Shown here: in pieces, positions 25,440-34,039 of the stretch
Layout: the number at the start of each line of letters is the position of its first letter
Position numbering within the stretch: position 1 is the first letter of the stretch
From: Candidatus Haladaptatiplasma halalkaliphilum
GTDB lineage: Archaea > Thermoplasmatota > Thermoplasmata > Halarchaeoplasmatales > Halarchaeoplasmataceae
Length of the DNA: 48,281 nucleotides
Direction: 5' to 3'
Assembly: GCA_019594055.1 (NCBI GenBank)
Contig: JAFDTY010000001.1
Location: forward strand, 1-48,281
Made by a program: the position numbers and the translations under genes
The notes under the pieces: model-generated
Seen by the model: the letters and a program-made list of their open reading frames with translations, nothing else
The model's database searches: none
Told to the model about the DNA's origin: nothing

Positions 25440-25451
25440 GGGCGGATACAA

Positions 25452-26438
25452 ATGGACGAACTGCATGGAAAGAGTGGTATCATCATACATCACTGGGATA
25501 CCGACGGTATGTGTTCGGCGGCCTTGATACTCAGAGAGCTCGAGGGTAAAACCACCATCACCACTTTTACCCCGACCATCGGAAACTACCACCTGAACCA
25601 TGAAGATAGGGATCATATCAAAAAGCATGCGACTGATTTTATCATCGTCGCGGATATGGCTTTACCAGGTGATTCCATAGATTTTTTGAAGAGTTTGGGG
25701 AAGGTGTACATCTTCGACCACCATCTACAGGATAGATACGATATACATCTACATCAGAATCCGGTCATAGACGGTGAATCCCCGGAACGATATCCCAGTG
25801 CATCTTGGGTGGTAGGCGAGTATCTGGGATCAACACCGGACCTATTGTTCGTACTAGGCGCCATCGGTGATAGAGAACGAAAACTACTGGACAATGAGTA
25901 CATCATGAAGACGGTCAACAAGGTTATGGGAACCCTTCAAACGGATTTCCATACATTACTGGAGGTGATAGCGCTACTGGATTCAAGCTACAAACTCGGT
26001 ATGAAACAAGAAGTCGAAAGAACACCTTGGTTCTTGATGAATGTGCAGGAACCCCATGGGATACTGAACCGACGTGACTTGAAGGATAACATAGTAGTAT
26101 TGAACTCGGCTATCGAACGTGAAGTGAAGGGCGGGAGAACAGAGATAAAACCCGGTGTTTTGTATCAAGAGATGGACTCACCCTACAACATTATCTCGAC
26201 GGTGACAAGAAAGATAGCCTGGGCCAATGAAAACAAGATCGCCTTTGTGGTCAACGAACGTTTTATGGAAGGAAGTATTCAGATATACATAAGAGGCTCT
26301 ATGAAGGACCCTCGATCCATGATAGAGTCGGCCAGAGACAGAGGATACTCCGCAGGTGGTAAGAATGATGTTGTGGGCATGGTGATCCCGAAAAAAGATA
26401 AAAAATTCATAAAAAAGTTACTGGAGATGTTAGCGTGA
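25452..26438 (+). CDS. DHH/DHHA1-family phosphoesterase (NrnA-like; candidate pAp phosphatase)
   Basis: The DHH motifs are IIHHWDTDGMCSAA, FIIVADMALP and VYIFDHHL. The DHHA1-like motif is YSAGGKNDVVG. The gene is sandwiched between sat and cysC with near-zero gaps. Confidence 0.7.
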   Translation: MDELHGKSGIIIHHWDTDGMCSAALILRELEGKTTITTFTPTIGNYHLNHEDRDHIKKHATDFIIVADMALPGDSIDFLKSLGKVYIFDHHLQDRYDIHLHQNPVIDGESPERYPSASWVVGEYLGSTPDLLFVLGAIGDRERKLLDNEYIMKTVNKVMGTLQTDFHTLLEVIALLDSSYKLGMKQEVERTPWFLMNVQEPHGILNRRDLKDNIVVLNSAIEREVKGGRTEIKPGVLYQEMDSPYNIISTVTRKIAWANENKIAFVVNERFMEGSIQIYIRGSMKDPRSMIESARDRGYSAGGKNDVVGMVIPKKDKKFIKKLLEMLA

Positions 26439-27016
26439 AACATAACGAACACATAATACCCGGTGAGCAGCACTGGGAAAAGGAAAATATGGAAGAAGGT
26501 TTCGTACTGTGGTTCACCGGTCTGTCCGGCTCGGGAAAGACAGCAGTGGCGGAAAGGGTGGCCGTTATTCTGGAGAGGGAATACGGCCAGTTGGTGGAAA
26601 GACTTGACGGTGACATAGTCCGTCAATACCTTACCTACGACCTGGGATTCTCCAAGGAGGACCGGGATAAGAACATAGAACGTGTCAGCTACGTTGCCCG
26701 GCTGCTGTCCCGGAATGGCGTGTGCGTTCTGGCCGCCTTCATATCTCCCTATGCGGAGCGTCGTAACAAGATCCGTGATATGGTGACCAATTTTATCGAG
26801 GTATACGTCAAATGCCCGGTGGAAGTGTGCGAGGGAAGGGATGTAAAGGGGCTTTACAAGAAAGCGAGGGACGGGATCATCGAGAATTTTACGGGTATTT
26901 CCGATCCTTACCAGGAACCGGAGGAGCCCGAGCTGGTACTCGAGACCGACAGGGAAACCATAGAGGAAAGCGTCGACAAGGTTATTTCCTACCTGGAGAA
27001 TAAGGGCTACGTATGA
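26435..27016 (+). CDS. cysC: Adenylylsulfate (APS) kinase
   Basis: The motifs are the P-loop FVLWFTGLSGSGKTAVA, LDGDIVR and AAFISPY. The GTG start overlaps the upstream TGA (GTGA). ATG 26489 is an alternative start. Confidence 0.9.
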   Translation: MKHNEHIIPGEQHWEKENMEEGFVLWFTGLSGSGKTAVAERVAVILEREYGQLVERLDGDIVRQYLTYDLGFSKEDRDKNIERVSYVARLLSRNGVCVLAAFISPYAERRNKIRDMVTNFIEVYVKCPVEVCEGRDVKGLYKKARDGIIENFTGISDPYQEPEEPELVLETDRETIEESVDKVISYLENKGYV

Positions 27017-27020
27017 TACC

Positions 27021-27374
27021 ATGACCAAAGTGATACTTGATACCAACGCGCTGATAATGCCGTTCCAGTTCAATATCAACCTGGACCTGGAGCTGGAAAG
27101 GATACTGGGCAACCCGGAGGTCCTGGTTCCCTCCTCGGTGGTGGACGAGCTTCGCAGACTGGGTCGAAAGGACGCTCTGGATCTGGCGAGTAAGTATGAG
27201 GTTATCCAGGTGAATCGACAAGGTGACATGGGTGTGATGGAGGCGGTGGAAGGGTCCGGAGGGGTCGTGGTCACCAACGATAAGGTCTTGAAGGACAGGC
27301 TCAGGGCAAAGGGTGTACCCGTGGTCTACCTCCGGAGCAGGTCGCACCTGGAAGTGATAGGAGAAATATTATAA
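27021..27374 (+). CDS. PIN-domain protein, Fcf1/Utp24-like small archaeal family (COG1412-type)
   Basis: The segments VILDTNALIMPFQFNINLDLELERIL...VLVPSSVVDELRRL...VVVTNDKVLKDRLRAKGVPVVYLR match the acidic-residue layout of small archaeal PIN proteins. Confidence 0.6.
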   Translation: MTKVILDTNALIMPFQFNINLDLELERILGNPEVLVPSSVVDELRRLGRKDALDLASKYEVIQVNRQGDMGVMEAVEGSGGVVVTNDKVLKDRLRAKGVPVVYLRSRSHLEVIGEIL

Positions 27375-27417
27375 CTGTGACACTTTTCGGTTGTATATGG
27401 TAGTGCGGGAAAGTCTG

Positions 27418-27795
27418 ATGATCACGGGTCGTATCCGGACGGGTATGGGCCGGGGAAAGTTCTTTCTCTCCAAGGGTGGTTATAGGGCGCAGTTCATACG
27501 CAAACTAGGTATAGACCCTGCGAAGGGTTCCCTTAACATTCACGTGGATGTGCCCTCAAAATTATCACTGCTGGAAGGCTCTGAGGGAATAACCATAGAA
27601 GGTTTTCGTGAGGGTGATGACGAATTCGGCGAAGTCGTAGCCTTCGAGGCCGAAATCGAAGGCCTCAAGGCGGCGGCGATCATACCGAGAAAAACATCTC
27701 ATGTTGATGTACTAGAGGTGGTATCAGAGTACGATCTGCGCAGGGAATTGCACCTTGAGGACGGTGACAGGATATCCGTTACCGTTTACCTCTAG
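27418..27795 (+). CDS. ribK: CTP-dependent riboflavin kinase (archaeal RibK family)
   Basis: The pattern ITGRIRTGMGRGKFFLSKGGYRAQFIRKLGIDPAKGSLNIHV is the archaeal RibK family pattern. The start is ambiguous (27391 TTG, 27397 ATG or 27418 ATG). Confidence 0.75.
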   Translation: MITGRIRTGMGRGKFFLSKGGYRAQFIRKLGIDPAKGSLNIHVDVPSKLSLLEGSEGITIEGFREGDDEFGEVVAFEAEIEGLKAAAIIPRKTSHVDVLEVVSEYDLRRELHLEDGDRISVTVYL

Positions 27796-27801
27796 TGAGT
27801 A

Positions 27802-28662
27802 TCAGAGATTATCCTCAACATACTCCAGGGCGCTCTCGAATAGTGGCCGGCCGTCGCCCCTGCTCCTGTCCAAACCCTTTCTCGTCCAGGTGGGATCGGT
27901 TATACCGTAAAAAACCCTTTCCGGGTGTGGCATCAGACCGAGTACGTTACCTTTTGAATTGCATATCCCCGCTATATGGTCCATGGCACCGTTGGGATTC
28001 CAGGGATATACGGGGTTTTCTCCCTCCGGGCCAGTGTATCTGAACACCACCTGCTCTTTCTGTTTCAACAGTTCAAGCTTCTCTTGGCTTTCCATGGTAA
28101 ATTTGCCTTCGGCATGAGCGCACGGGAACAGTATGATCTCCCGTTCTTCATAATTCCGGGTGAATACGCATCTCCTGTTCTCCTCCACCCGTAGCAGTGT
28201 GGGTCGACACTCGAACCTGTTGCTATCGTTGGTTGCCAGTATCGCCTCCGGAATGTGAGAAACGGTCCCGTCCATGGCCGGCAGAAAGCCCATCTCGACC
28301 AGTACCTGGAAGCCGTTGCATACCCCCAGAACAGGTTTGCCTTCCTCAACGAAGTTTTTAAGGTCTTCCCTGAGACCGCTCTTCATCCTTGCACCGAAGA
28401 TGGCCCCTGCCCTGATGTAATCGCCGGCGGAAAAACCACCGGGTATCATGAATATATGGTAGTCCCGGATATCCCTCCTTTCCCGGGGTGTGACATCCTC
28501 ACCTAGTAACTGTTTAAGATGTACTTTTTCGGAAGCAGCGCCCAGCCTCTTCCATGCCAGGTACGACTCTTCCTCGCAGTTGGTGCCTTCGATGCGGAGC
28601 ACGGCGACCCTGATATTTTCCCGCTTCACGTTATCTTCTCCTTTTTTCAGGATAAACAGCAT
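27802..28662 (-). CDS. purQ: Phosphoribosylformylglycinamidine synthase, glutaminase subunit PurQ
   Basis: The motifs are RVAVLRIEGTNCEEE, IPGGFSAGDY, the nucleophile elbow LGVCNGFQVL and LMPHPER. The exact start is uncertain. Confidence 0.8.
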   Translation of the reverse strand: MLFILKKGEDNVKRENIRVAVLRIEGTNCEEESYLAWKRLGAASEKVHLKQLLGEDVTPRERRDIRDYHIFMIPGGFSAGDYIRAGAIFGARMKSGLREDLKNFVEEGKPVLGVCNGFQVLVEMGFLPAMDGTVSHIPEAILATNDSNRFECRPTLLRVEENRRCVFTRNYEEREIILFPCAHAEGKFTMESQEKLELLKQKEQVVFRYTGPEGENPVYPWNPNGAMDHIAGICNSKGNVLGLMPHPERVFYGITDPTWTRKGLDRSRGDGRPLFESALEYVEDNL

Positions 28663-28739
28663 CTATTACTAATATATTTTGAATGACGGCTATACAGAAA
28701 TTATATATTGCCAATGACTTTTGCAAACCTGTTTCTCAC

Positions 28740-28817
28740 GGGGCCGTGGGGTAGCTTGGTCCATCCTTCGGGCTTTGGGAGCCTGGTACCCGAATTCGAA
28801 TTTCGGCGGCCCCACCA
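28740..28817 (+). tRNA. tRNA-Pro(UGG), CCA encoded
   Basis: The acceptor stem pairs GGGGCCG with CGGCCCC, followed by A and CCA. The anticodon arm is CGGGC-TTTGGGA-GCCTG (anticodon TGG) and the T arm is CCGAA-TTCGAAT-TTCGG. A TATA-like TTATATAT lies at 28701-28708. Confidence 0.9.
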
Positions 28818-28829
28818 TCCCTTCAAAGG

Positions 28830-29474
28830 CTAGATGTCGATACCGAAGAGTTTCAGGAATTTTGCTTCGCGTTCAACAACGCTACTATCCCCGGTGTCCC
28901 TGTATTCACTCCACATATCTTCCGGTCTTCCGGGTAACTCGTTCACCCCGAACAATTCGCCCCTTTTTAACATTATTTTGAACTCTTCCTTCCTCCAATC
29001 CAGCTGAGAACGCACCTCGGTGATCTTTCTCAAGGTCTCGTCCGTAACTCTACCTTCCACGGTGCCCGGTGTGCCCTTCACCAAAGATCTTTCCGGTATC
29101 ACGGTGCCTTCCCTGATGATGGTACCGTCGGTGATCACGGACCCCTTTCCCACTTCAGCGTCCTTGCATATGACTGTGTCCATACCCACGAAGGTATCCC
29201 CGCCGATGGTGCACTGTTCGAGCCTTGCTCCCGGTGCGATGAACACCCTGTCACCGATGTTCGTTCCCTCCTCTACTTTCACTCCGGGCATCAGTATTAC
29301 ATCCTTCCCCAATCGGGTATCATCTCCCTTCACCACTACTCCGGGCCAAAGTGAGCATCCCTCGCCCATGAGCACATGGCCGACTATCCGAGCCAGAGGG
29401 TCGATGAAGCAATCCCCCGTGGTGATATTGTTGCTCAGGCCCTTTCCATCATCCTTTGGCATGTCCTGTCTCAT
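28830..29474 (-). CDS. Left-handed beta-helix (hexapeptide-repeat) protein, gamma-carbonic-anhydrase/acetyltransferase-like
   Basis: Hexapeptide repeats run through FIDPLARIVGHVLMGEGCSLWPGVVVKGD...IGDRVFIAPGARLEQCTIGGDTFVGMDTVICKDAEVGKGSVITDGTIIREGTVIPERSLV. A ~60-aa helical tail follows. Confidence 0.75.
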   Translation of the reverse strand: MRQDMPKDDGKGLSNNITTGDCFIDPLARIVGHVLMGEGCSLWPGVVVKGDDTRLGKDVILMPGVKVEEGTNIGDRVFIAPGARLEQCTIGGDTFVGMDTVICKDAEVGKGSVITDGTIIREGTVIPERSLVKGTPGTVEGRVTDETLRKITEVRSQLDWRKEEFKIMLKRGELFGVNELPGRPEDMWSEYRDTGDSSVVEREAKFLKLFGIDI

Positions 29475-29690
29475 GGGATGTTCAAGCCTGACTGATGATA
29501 AAAATGTTGCGGGAGGTTCATGTATATTTCATGCATGTCAATTAAGACGAATAGATATAAACATCGTTAGAGCTGACCGTGTCCTTATGGCTCTCTGCTG
29601 CGGTTGGTATGCACCTATAGTACGATGGATATACTATGGGATGTTTTCGATTATTCCATAGAAATTGCGCCCCATTTATGTTTTGCTTGA

Positions 29691-30458
29691 TCACCCTCTT
29701 TTCTTATTGCACTTCCAGGTAACGAAAATAGTTGGGGTTGCGATCAACAAGCTAGCTATTATTGGCATGGACCAGTATATTATACCGTCCGGGCGTTCGA
29801 CCCTTATCAAAACCCCTGGGCCCGGAATCCAGTAATCACCTTGACTTGGCTTTATCAAAGGTGTCAGATACCATCTTCCCCCCTGGTCGATCGAAATAGT
29901 GGCGGTGGTTTCTGTATAATTGATGTTCTGGCTCAAATAAAGCTCACCGACATCTAGAGAGTAGATATTATCCGTAGAATCTTTTAGTGAATCGTACCAT
30001 CCGTGTAAACGTTTTGTTAGGGGGCGATAGGCTCGACCCATATCCTCGGCACTCTCTAGGCCCCGCCATGGGATATTGTCCTTTTCAGTCTGGAAGGTCG
30101 GTGACCATTTATCATAGTAGTTGGTAAGTATAAACTTCACATCGATATCTCTAACAGGTTCTTCTATACCCATCCTGTTCGAGAAACGGTCATCTAGAAG
30201 CGATTCATTTATAAAAAAACTTACTGAAAATGATATCTCTTCGCCCTTTCTAATCGAATACTCACTGGCTGAAAAATCCATATCGTAAACGTATATTAAG
30301 CTCCAAAATGTACCGTATAAAGTTGTATCGTATATCAGATCGTTATTTTTCGATACATCCTGCGGTACAGCCTCTTCTTCGTAGGGTTGCGAAAAACCGG
30401 AAGAGGTGCACAATAACATGGACGCAAGTGCCAATAAAACAAATAATTTTGTATTCAT
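29691..30458 (-). CDS. Hypothetical surface protein (signal peptide plus C-terminal TM), last gene of the ABC operon
   Basis: The signal peptide is MNTKLFVLLALASMLLCTSSGFSQP. The C-terminal anchor is MPIIASLLIATPTIFVTW followed by KCNKKRG. A 4-nt overlap joins it to the permease gene. Confidence 0.55.
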   Translation of the reverse strand: MNTKLFVLLALASMLLCTSSGFSQPYEEEAVPQDVSKNNDLIYDTTLYGTFWSLIYVYDMDFSASEYSIRKGEEISFSVSFFINESLLDDRFSNRMGIEEPVRDIDVKFILTNYYDKWSPTFQTEKDNIPWRGLESAEDMGRAYRPLTKRLHGWYDSLKDSTDNIYSLDVGELYLSQNINYTETTATISIDQGGRWYLTPLIKPSQGDYWIPGPGVLIRVERPDGIIYWSMPIIASLLIATPTIFVTWKCNKKRG

Positions 30459-31228
30459 GATCTTGCCCCCTCTATAAGAATATATGATATGATGGACATC
30501 AGTACTATGCTAAGCAGAGGTATCAGGAAGAAAATGAGTGGTAATTTACCGTATTCGTCAATAAATGCGATATTATGCATTATGTTTAGTATAGGGAAAA
30601 AGAATACATTGGTCAATACATCCGATGATTCCTCGGCAGATTCTATTAAAAAACTTAAAAAGAACGCCAATATCAAGTATGACGATGTGAAAAGCATGGT
30701 AGGCATCACTTTTTGTAGAAATGTACCGATAACAACAGTACATAGGAACAAAAATACACCTGCCAGGAACATCAATATTGAAAAATTGACAAGTCTATGT
30801 AGTGTAAGTTGCGATATGGTTCCCCAGTACGAGAGGGAGAGAAACATGTGGGCGGAGTATACAAGACTAAGAGCACCGAGTACAACCATACCTGCCAGTA
30901 TTTTCCCAAAAAGTACAGGTTTAATACCATCCGGAATAAGGAAAAAATTATTCATCCTACCGTTTTCAATATCTTTGGCAAAGTATTTGCTACCGAGGTA
31001 TCCGCCATAAGCAACAACTAGGTAGGATGAAAAAACAGAACTGAAAAAAATAGGTTCGTTTTTTACTCCGACTTCATATGATGTGTATATTATCTCAAAG
31101 TGTAACAGCGAGTATAGATTGATGATGATCATAAAAAATACCAATATGGGAAACGAGTAATCCATGAACGTGGTTTTTACAGACTTTTTCATGATTATAT
31201 ATGCGGTTTTTATCTTTTCATTTATCAT
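30455..31228 (-). CDS. ABC-2-type transporter permease
   Basis: A 257-aa ORF with about 6 hydrophobic spans. A 4-nt overlap joins it to the ATPase gene upstream. Confidence 0.65.
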   Translation of the reverse strand: MINEKIKTAYIIMKKSVKTTFMDYSFPILVFFMIIINLYSLLHFEIIYTSYEVGVKNEPIFFSSVFSSYLVVAYGGYLGSKYFAKDIENGRMNNFFLIPDGIKPVLFGKILAGMVVLGALSLVYSAHMFLSLSYWGTISQLTLHRLVNFSILMFLAGVFLFLCTVVIGTFLQKVMPTMLFTSSYLILAFFLSFLIESAEESSDVLTNVFFFPILNIMHNIAFIDEYGKLPLIFFLIPLLSIVLMSIISYILIEGARS

Positions 31229-32136
31229 TTTAGAGACCCCCTGTATATGGAATCCAGTGAACCATGCTTCAGAGAAAATTCCACATCGTTAGCTATGAGC
31301 CATCGAAACACATCCTTTTCAAATCTTTCGCTTCCCTTTCCTTCGATGACCAAAGTTTTTCCGCTCAGCTTAATCCCCAGAACGTGAGGTAATTCGTTAA
31401 GATCCTTAAATCTATCCGGGTCTGCAGTATCGATATTCAATACCAGCTTTTTAGAGTGCGATGTTCTTTTCAAAACGTCAAAAGGCTCTCCGAAATCTTT
31501 GATGACACCTTCATAAATCATAACTATCCAGTTACAAGCTTCTTCTATATCGTTCAATTGGTGTGATGAGATAAGTACGGAGTTCTTATCTCTGGCGATG
31601 GACTCTATTATTTCCATCATCTCACCCTTTATCATGGGGTCCAGACCTGCCAGCGGCTCGTCATAGATCAGTAACTTTGGTTTGTGTAGCATCGTTCTGG
31701 CGATACCCAATCTTTTTCTCATCCCGTTGGAGTATTGACTTATCTTATCGTACTTCCTCCCGTGCAAACCTACTATCTCGAGAGTTTCCGATACCCTTCC
31801 GTCCACATCCGGTAGGTGATAAAGTTCTCCGAAGTACTCCAGGTATTCATACCCCGTCCATGACGGATAGTACTTTTCGTCTTCCGCCAGATATCCGATA
31901 AGGGCCCTGTTCATCTTGTTCCTTGGGGCACCCATCAACGTCATATCTCCGGTATAATTCAGGAATCCTATGATACACTTTATGAGTGTCGTCTTTCCCG
32001 CACCGTTGGGTCCTACCAGACCGGTAACGTACCCTTGCGGTATATGGAAGTTTGCGTCTTTTACGGCGGCGAGTTCGCCGTACATCTTTGTCAAATTATT
32101 GACCTTCAAGACCGGTTTACCTTTTTGTATTTCCAT
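31225..32136 (-). CDS. ABC transporter ATP-binding protein (ABC-2/CcmA-like)
   Basis: The motifs are Walker A GLVGPNGAGKTTL, the signature variant YSNGMRKRL, Walker B LLIYDEPLAGLD and the H-loop SSHQL. Confidence 0.9.
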   Translation of the reverse strand: MEIQKGKPVLKVNNLTKMYGELAAVKDANFHIPQGYVTGLVGPNGAGKTTLIKCIIGFLNYTGDMTLMGAPRNKMNRALIGYLAEDEKYYPSWTGYEYLEYFGELYHLPDVDGRVSETLEIVGLHGRKYDKISQYSNGMRKRLGIARTMLHKPKLLIYDEPLAGLDPMIKGEMMEIIESIARDKNSVLISSHQLNDIEEACNWIVMIYEGVIKDFGEPFDVLKRTSHSKKLVLNIDTADPDRFKDLNELPHVLGIKLSGKTLVIEGKGSERFEKDVFRWLIANDVEFSLKHGSLDSIYRGSLK

Positions 32137-33026
32137 ATCAAACCACCTATTATCACGCCGAATATGGCACCTACAGCCAATATTACAGGTATATTAAAAC
32201 TTTTATAGTCCAGTACCTCAAGATGAAATTCAACGTTTACCGTCTCGTTAGGATCTCCCGGGTTGGACAGGGTTAAAAAGGGAAAGCTTCCAACCAACCA
32301 TCCTGGGCGTTTATCATTTCTTATATCCAGGTATGTTTTTGTGGTAGGAGTCTCCTCGTAGTCCACTAATCGCCCTATATCACTCAATACCTGCCATCGG
32401 TCATCTTCGAATATATAGTATCTAAGGGGTTTATCGCTCTCAAGATGTACCCTTATAAATTGCTGTTCTTCATCAAACCCTTCGACCCAACCACCCATAC
32501 CAAATAGATTATAAGTTCTTGCGGCGCCTGTGAATTCGATGCGCTGTTTCTTATTGAAAAGGTCATCCCACGCCATCCTTTCGATCAGCATAAATTCCGT
32601 GGAACCGCTCGTGTTCACTTGAAAATTTACCCACTCCGCTTTTAGTGGCTCGTTGGAGGTTCCTCCTCCCGCGTAATGGCTGGTGTTACTCCAGAATTTG
32701 CCTTTGTCGTCAACGAGTGTGATGTGACAGTAATGACCACCGTTGAGTCTGTCTTCTTCCGCCCAGCGGAAAACACTTCCGATGTAAGTATTGTTGAGAT
32801 AGTGGGGTACGGTGAAGTTAAAGGCGCTTTCACGGTAGTTACGTGAGAAGAACATATCCTCAAATGTTCGGGGTGCTTCGTACCGATCATAGAACTCTGG
32901 CGGCCCCTTTCTTTGTGCCGGAAGCCGTGTGTCATTAACATCGTCCCCGTAAACGGGTATTACGGACAGGGTGACGATCAATATCATGGCACATATAAAT
33001 ACGCTGTACAGCTTGAGGTATTTCAT
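32106..33026 (-). CDS. Hypothetical surface protein (signal peptide plus C-terminal TM), first gene of the ABC operon; paralog of 34040-34942
   Basis: The signal peptide is MKYLKLYSVFICAMILIVTLSVIPVYG. The anchor is IPVILAVGAIFGVIIGGLIW followed by KYKKVNRS. It shares the blocks FEDMFFSRNYRESAFNFTVPHYLNN and FIRVHLESDKPLRYYIF with the 325-aa protein. Its 3' end overlaps the ATPase start by 31 nt. Confidence 0.6.
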   Translation of the reverse strand: MKYLKLYSVFICAMILIVTLSVIPVYGDDVNDTRLPAQRKGPPEFYDRYEAPRTFEDMFFSRNYRESAFNFTVPHYLNNTYIGSVFRWAEEDRLNGGHYCHITLVDDKGKFWSNTSHYAGGGTSNEPLKAEWVNFQVNTSGSTEFMLIERMAWDDLFNKKQRIEFTGAARTYNLFGMGGWVEGFDEEQQFIRVHLESDKPLRYYIFEDDRWQVLSDIGRLVDYEETPTTKTYLDIRNDKRPGWLVGSFPFLTLSNPGDPNETVNVEFHLEVLDYKSFNIPVILAVGAIFGVIIGGLIWKYKKVNRS

Positions 33027-33178
33027 AGGGTAACCTATACTGTAACATATATATATATGTGTTGGGGTATCAGCCCTTTTTGATACGATCAGTGGATATA
33101 TGCGCTATAGTGTATTAAGCCGTTGAGCGGTGGAAAAAATGGGCTGAAAAGAAAAAGGCGAGCAAAGCGATTGGCATA

Positions 33179-33838
33179 ATGTTGATAGCAATGATAGCAT
33201 GTTTTATCATAGCTCCAGGCATAACTGAAGTCGCTCAAGCGGATCATCAGACACGGAACTACAGGGTTGTAAAACTCGGCGCTCCCCATAATTTCTTGGA
33301 ACTGAATAATGGTCTAAATGAAGTCCGTGTGAGGGTTTGGCTTTATGAAGGAACATTATGGGGCACTAGAAACCATAGAGTGGTTTTTGCCAGACTTGAA
33401 AGGCGAGCTTCTGGCTGGGAAGCGACATGTTACCATCAGGAAACCGATGTGTTCGGGGGACATGTCTTGACCGTTAATAGCGTATATGGCGGGGTTTACA
33501 GTCCGTACCCACTTGATGGTGGTACAGGATATAGTACTCTAGTGCCATGGAACCTTATCGGATCCAATGCGGGCTCTGGTGTCCATGTACCTACCAATTG
33601 GCGAACAGCAAATTGGGATGTTTATGTAATCAATAGCCCTCACTGGAATTATGCCGTCCATATACGTCAAGGTAGCAGGACCTCAAGTTATGATGGTGCC
33701 TTCATAGGAACTGCTTTTGACGTCGGCCAAAGCGGTGCTGATGGATACTACGTATATTCATATATACGGATACAAAGACGCAGTTGGTTTAGTTGGCAAA
33801 CGAAGACAGGTAGTGGGTCAGTAACGTTTTCGGAGTGA
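33179..33838 (+). CDS. Hypothetical secreted Trp/Tyr/Gly-rich protein (219 aa)
   Basis: The N-terminus MLIAMIACFIIAPGITEVAQA is signal-like, though it lacks a basic n-region. The mature part has no TM span and is rich in W, Y, G, S and N. I recognise no family. Confidence 0.5.
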   Translation: MLIAMIACFIIAPGITEVAQADHQTRNYRVVKLGAPHNFLELNNGLNEVRVRVWLYEGTLWGTRNHRVVFARLERRASGWEATCYHQETDVFGGHVLTVNSVYGGVYSPYPLDGGTGYSTLVPWNLIGSNAGSGVHVPTNWRTANWDVYVINSPHWNYAVHIRQGSRTSSYDGAFIGTAFDVGQSGADGYYVYSYIRIQRRSWFSWQTKTGSGSVTFSE

Positions 33839-33840
33839 AC

Positions 33841-33863
33841 AACCCCTTTCCCCCTTTTTTTTA
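33841..33863 (+). terminator. Second exact copy of AACCCCTTTCCCCCTTTTTTTTA
   Basis: It is identical to 4822-4844 and starts 3 nt after the TGA stop at 33836-33838. Confidence 0.45.
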
Positions 33864-33901
33864 TTAACTTTTAACCAAAAATCGATACTGAGTCAGAAAT
33901 A

Positions 33902-33962
33902 TTTTTCCGCGGAGTCGCTATTTGATAAACCGCTCCTGCTGGATTTCCTTATCGATGGTTCG
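33902..33962. repeat. 61-nt direct repeat, copy 1 (partner at 35067-35127, 54/61 identical by hand alignment)
   Basis: Copy 1 reads TTTTTCCGCGGAGTCGCTATTTGATAAACCGCTCCTGCTGGATTTCCTTATCGATGGTTCG. Copy 2 reads TTTTTCCGCTGAGTCGCGATTTGATAAATCGCTCCTGCCGGATTTCTGCATCGATGGTTCG. The two copies bracket the 325-aa paralog gene. Confidence 0.9.
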
Positions 33963-34039
33963 ATTTGAGTGTGGACGGCACATCAAATCGGCAGGGAAAG
34001 AAAATGTTTAAATACTCTTATTTGCTATATCGTATTAAA

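Noticed and set aside
26279-27277. A 332-aa minus-strand ORF. Similar long antisense ORFs lie at 24762-25628, 37175-38137, 19101-19763, 35690-36337, 6541-7002, 8455-9042, 9415-9948 and 14803-15417.
   Set aside because: Each is fully antisense to a gene with strong family motifs (cysC/PIN, sat, REC-PAS, HPS-RraA, the AAA_16 ATPase, lhr, the ribosomal genes). Their translations are compositionally skewed (Pro/Arg/Gly/His-rich). They are typical stop-poor shadow frames.
24054-27374. The RHH protein and the PIN protein, considered as a VapBC-like toxin-antitoxin pair.
   Set aside because: They are 3 kb apart with three metabolic genes between them. The PIN protein matches the conserved housekeeping Fcf1-like small PIN pattern rather than VapC preceded by its antitoxin.
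33045-33060. The perfect palindrome ACATATATATATATGT, considered as a transposon end or replication feature.
   Set aside because: It sits in a 150-nt divergent promoter region where TATA boxes for both flanking genes are expected. There is no partner repeat or target duplication.
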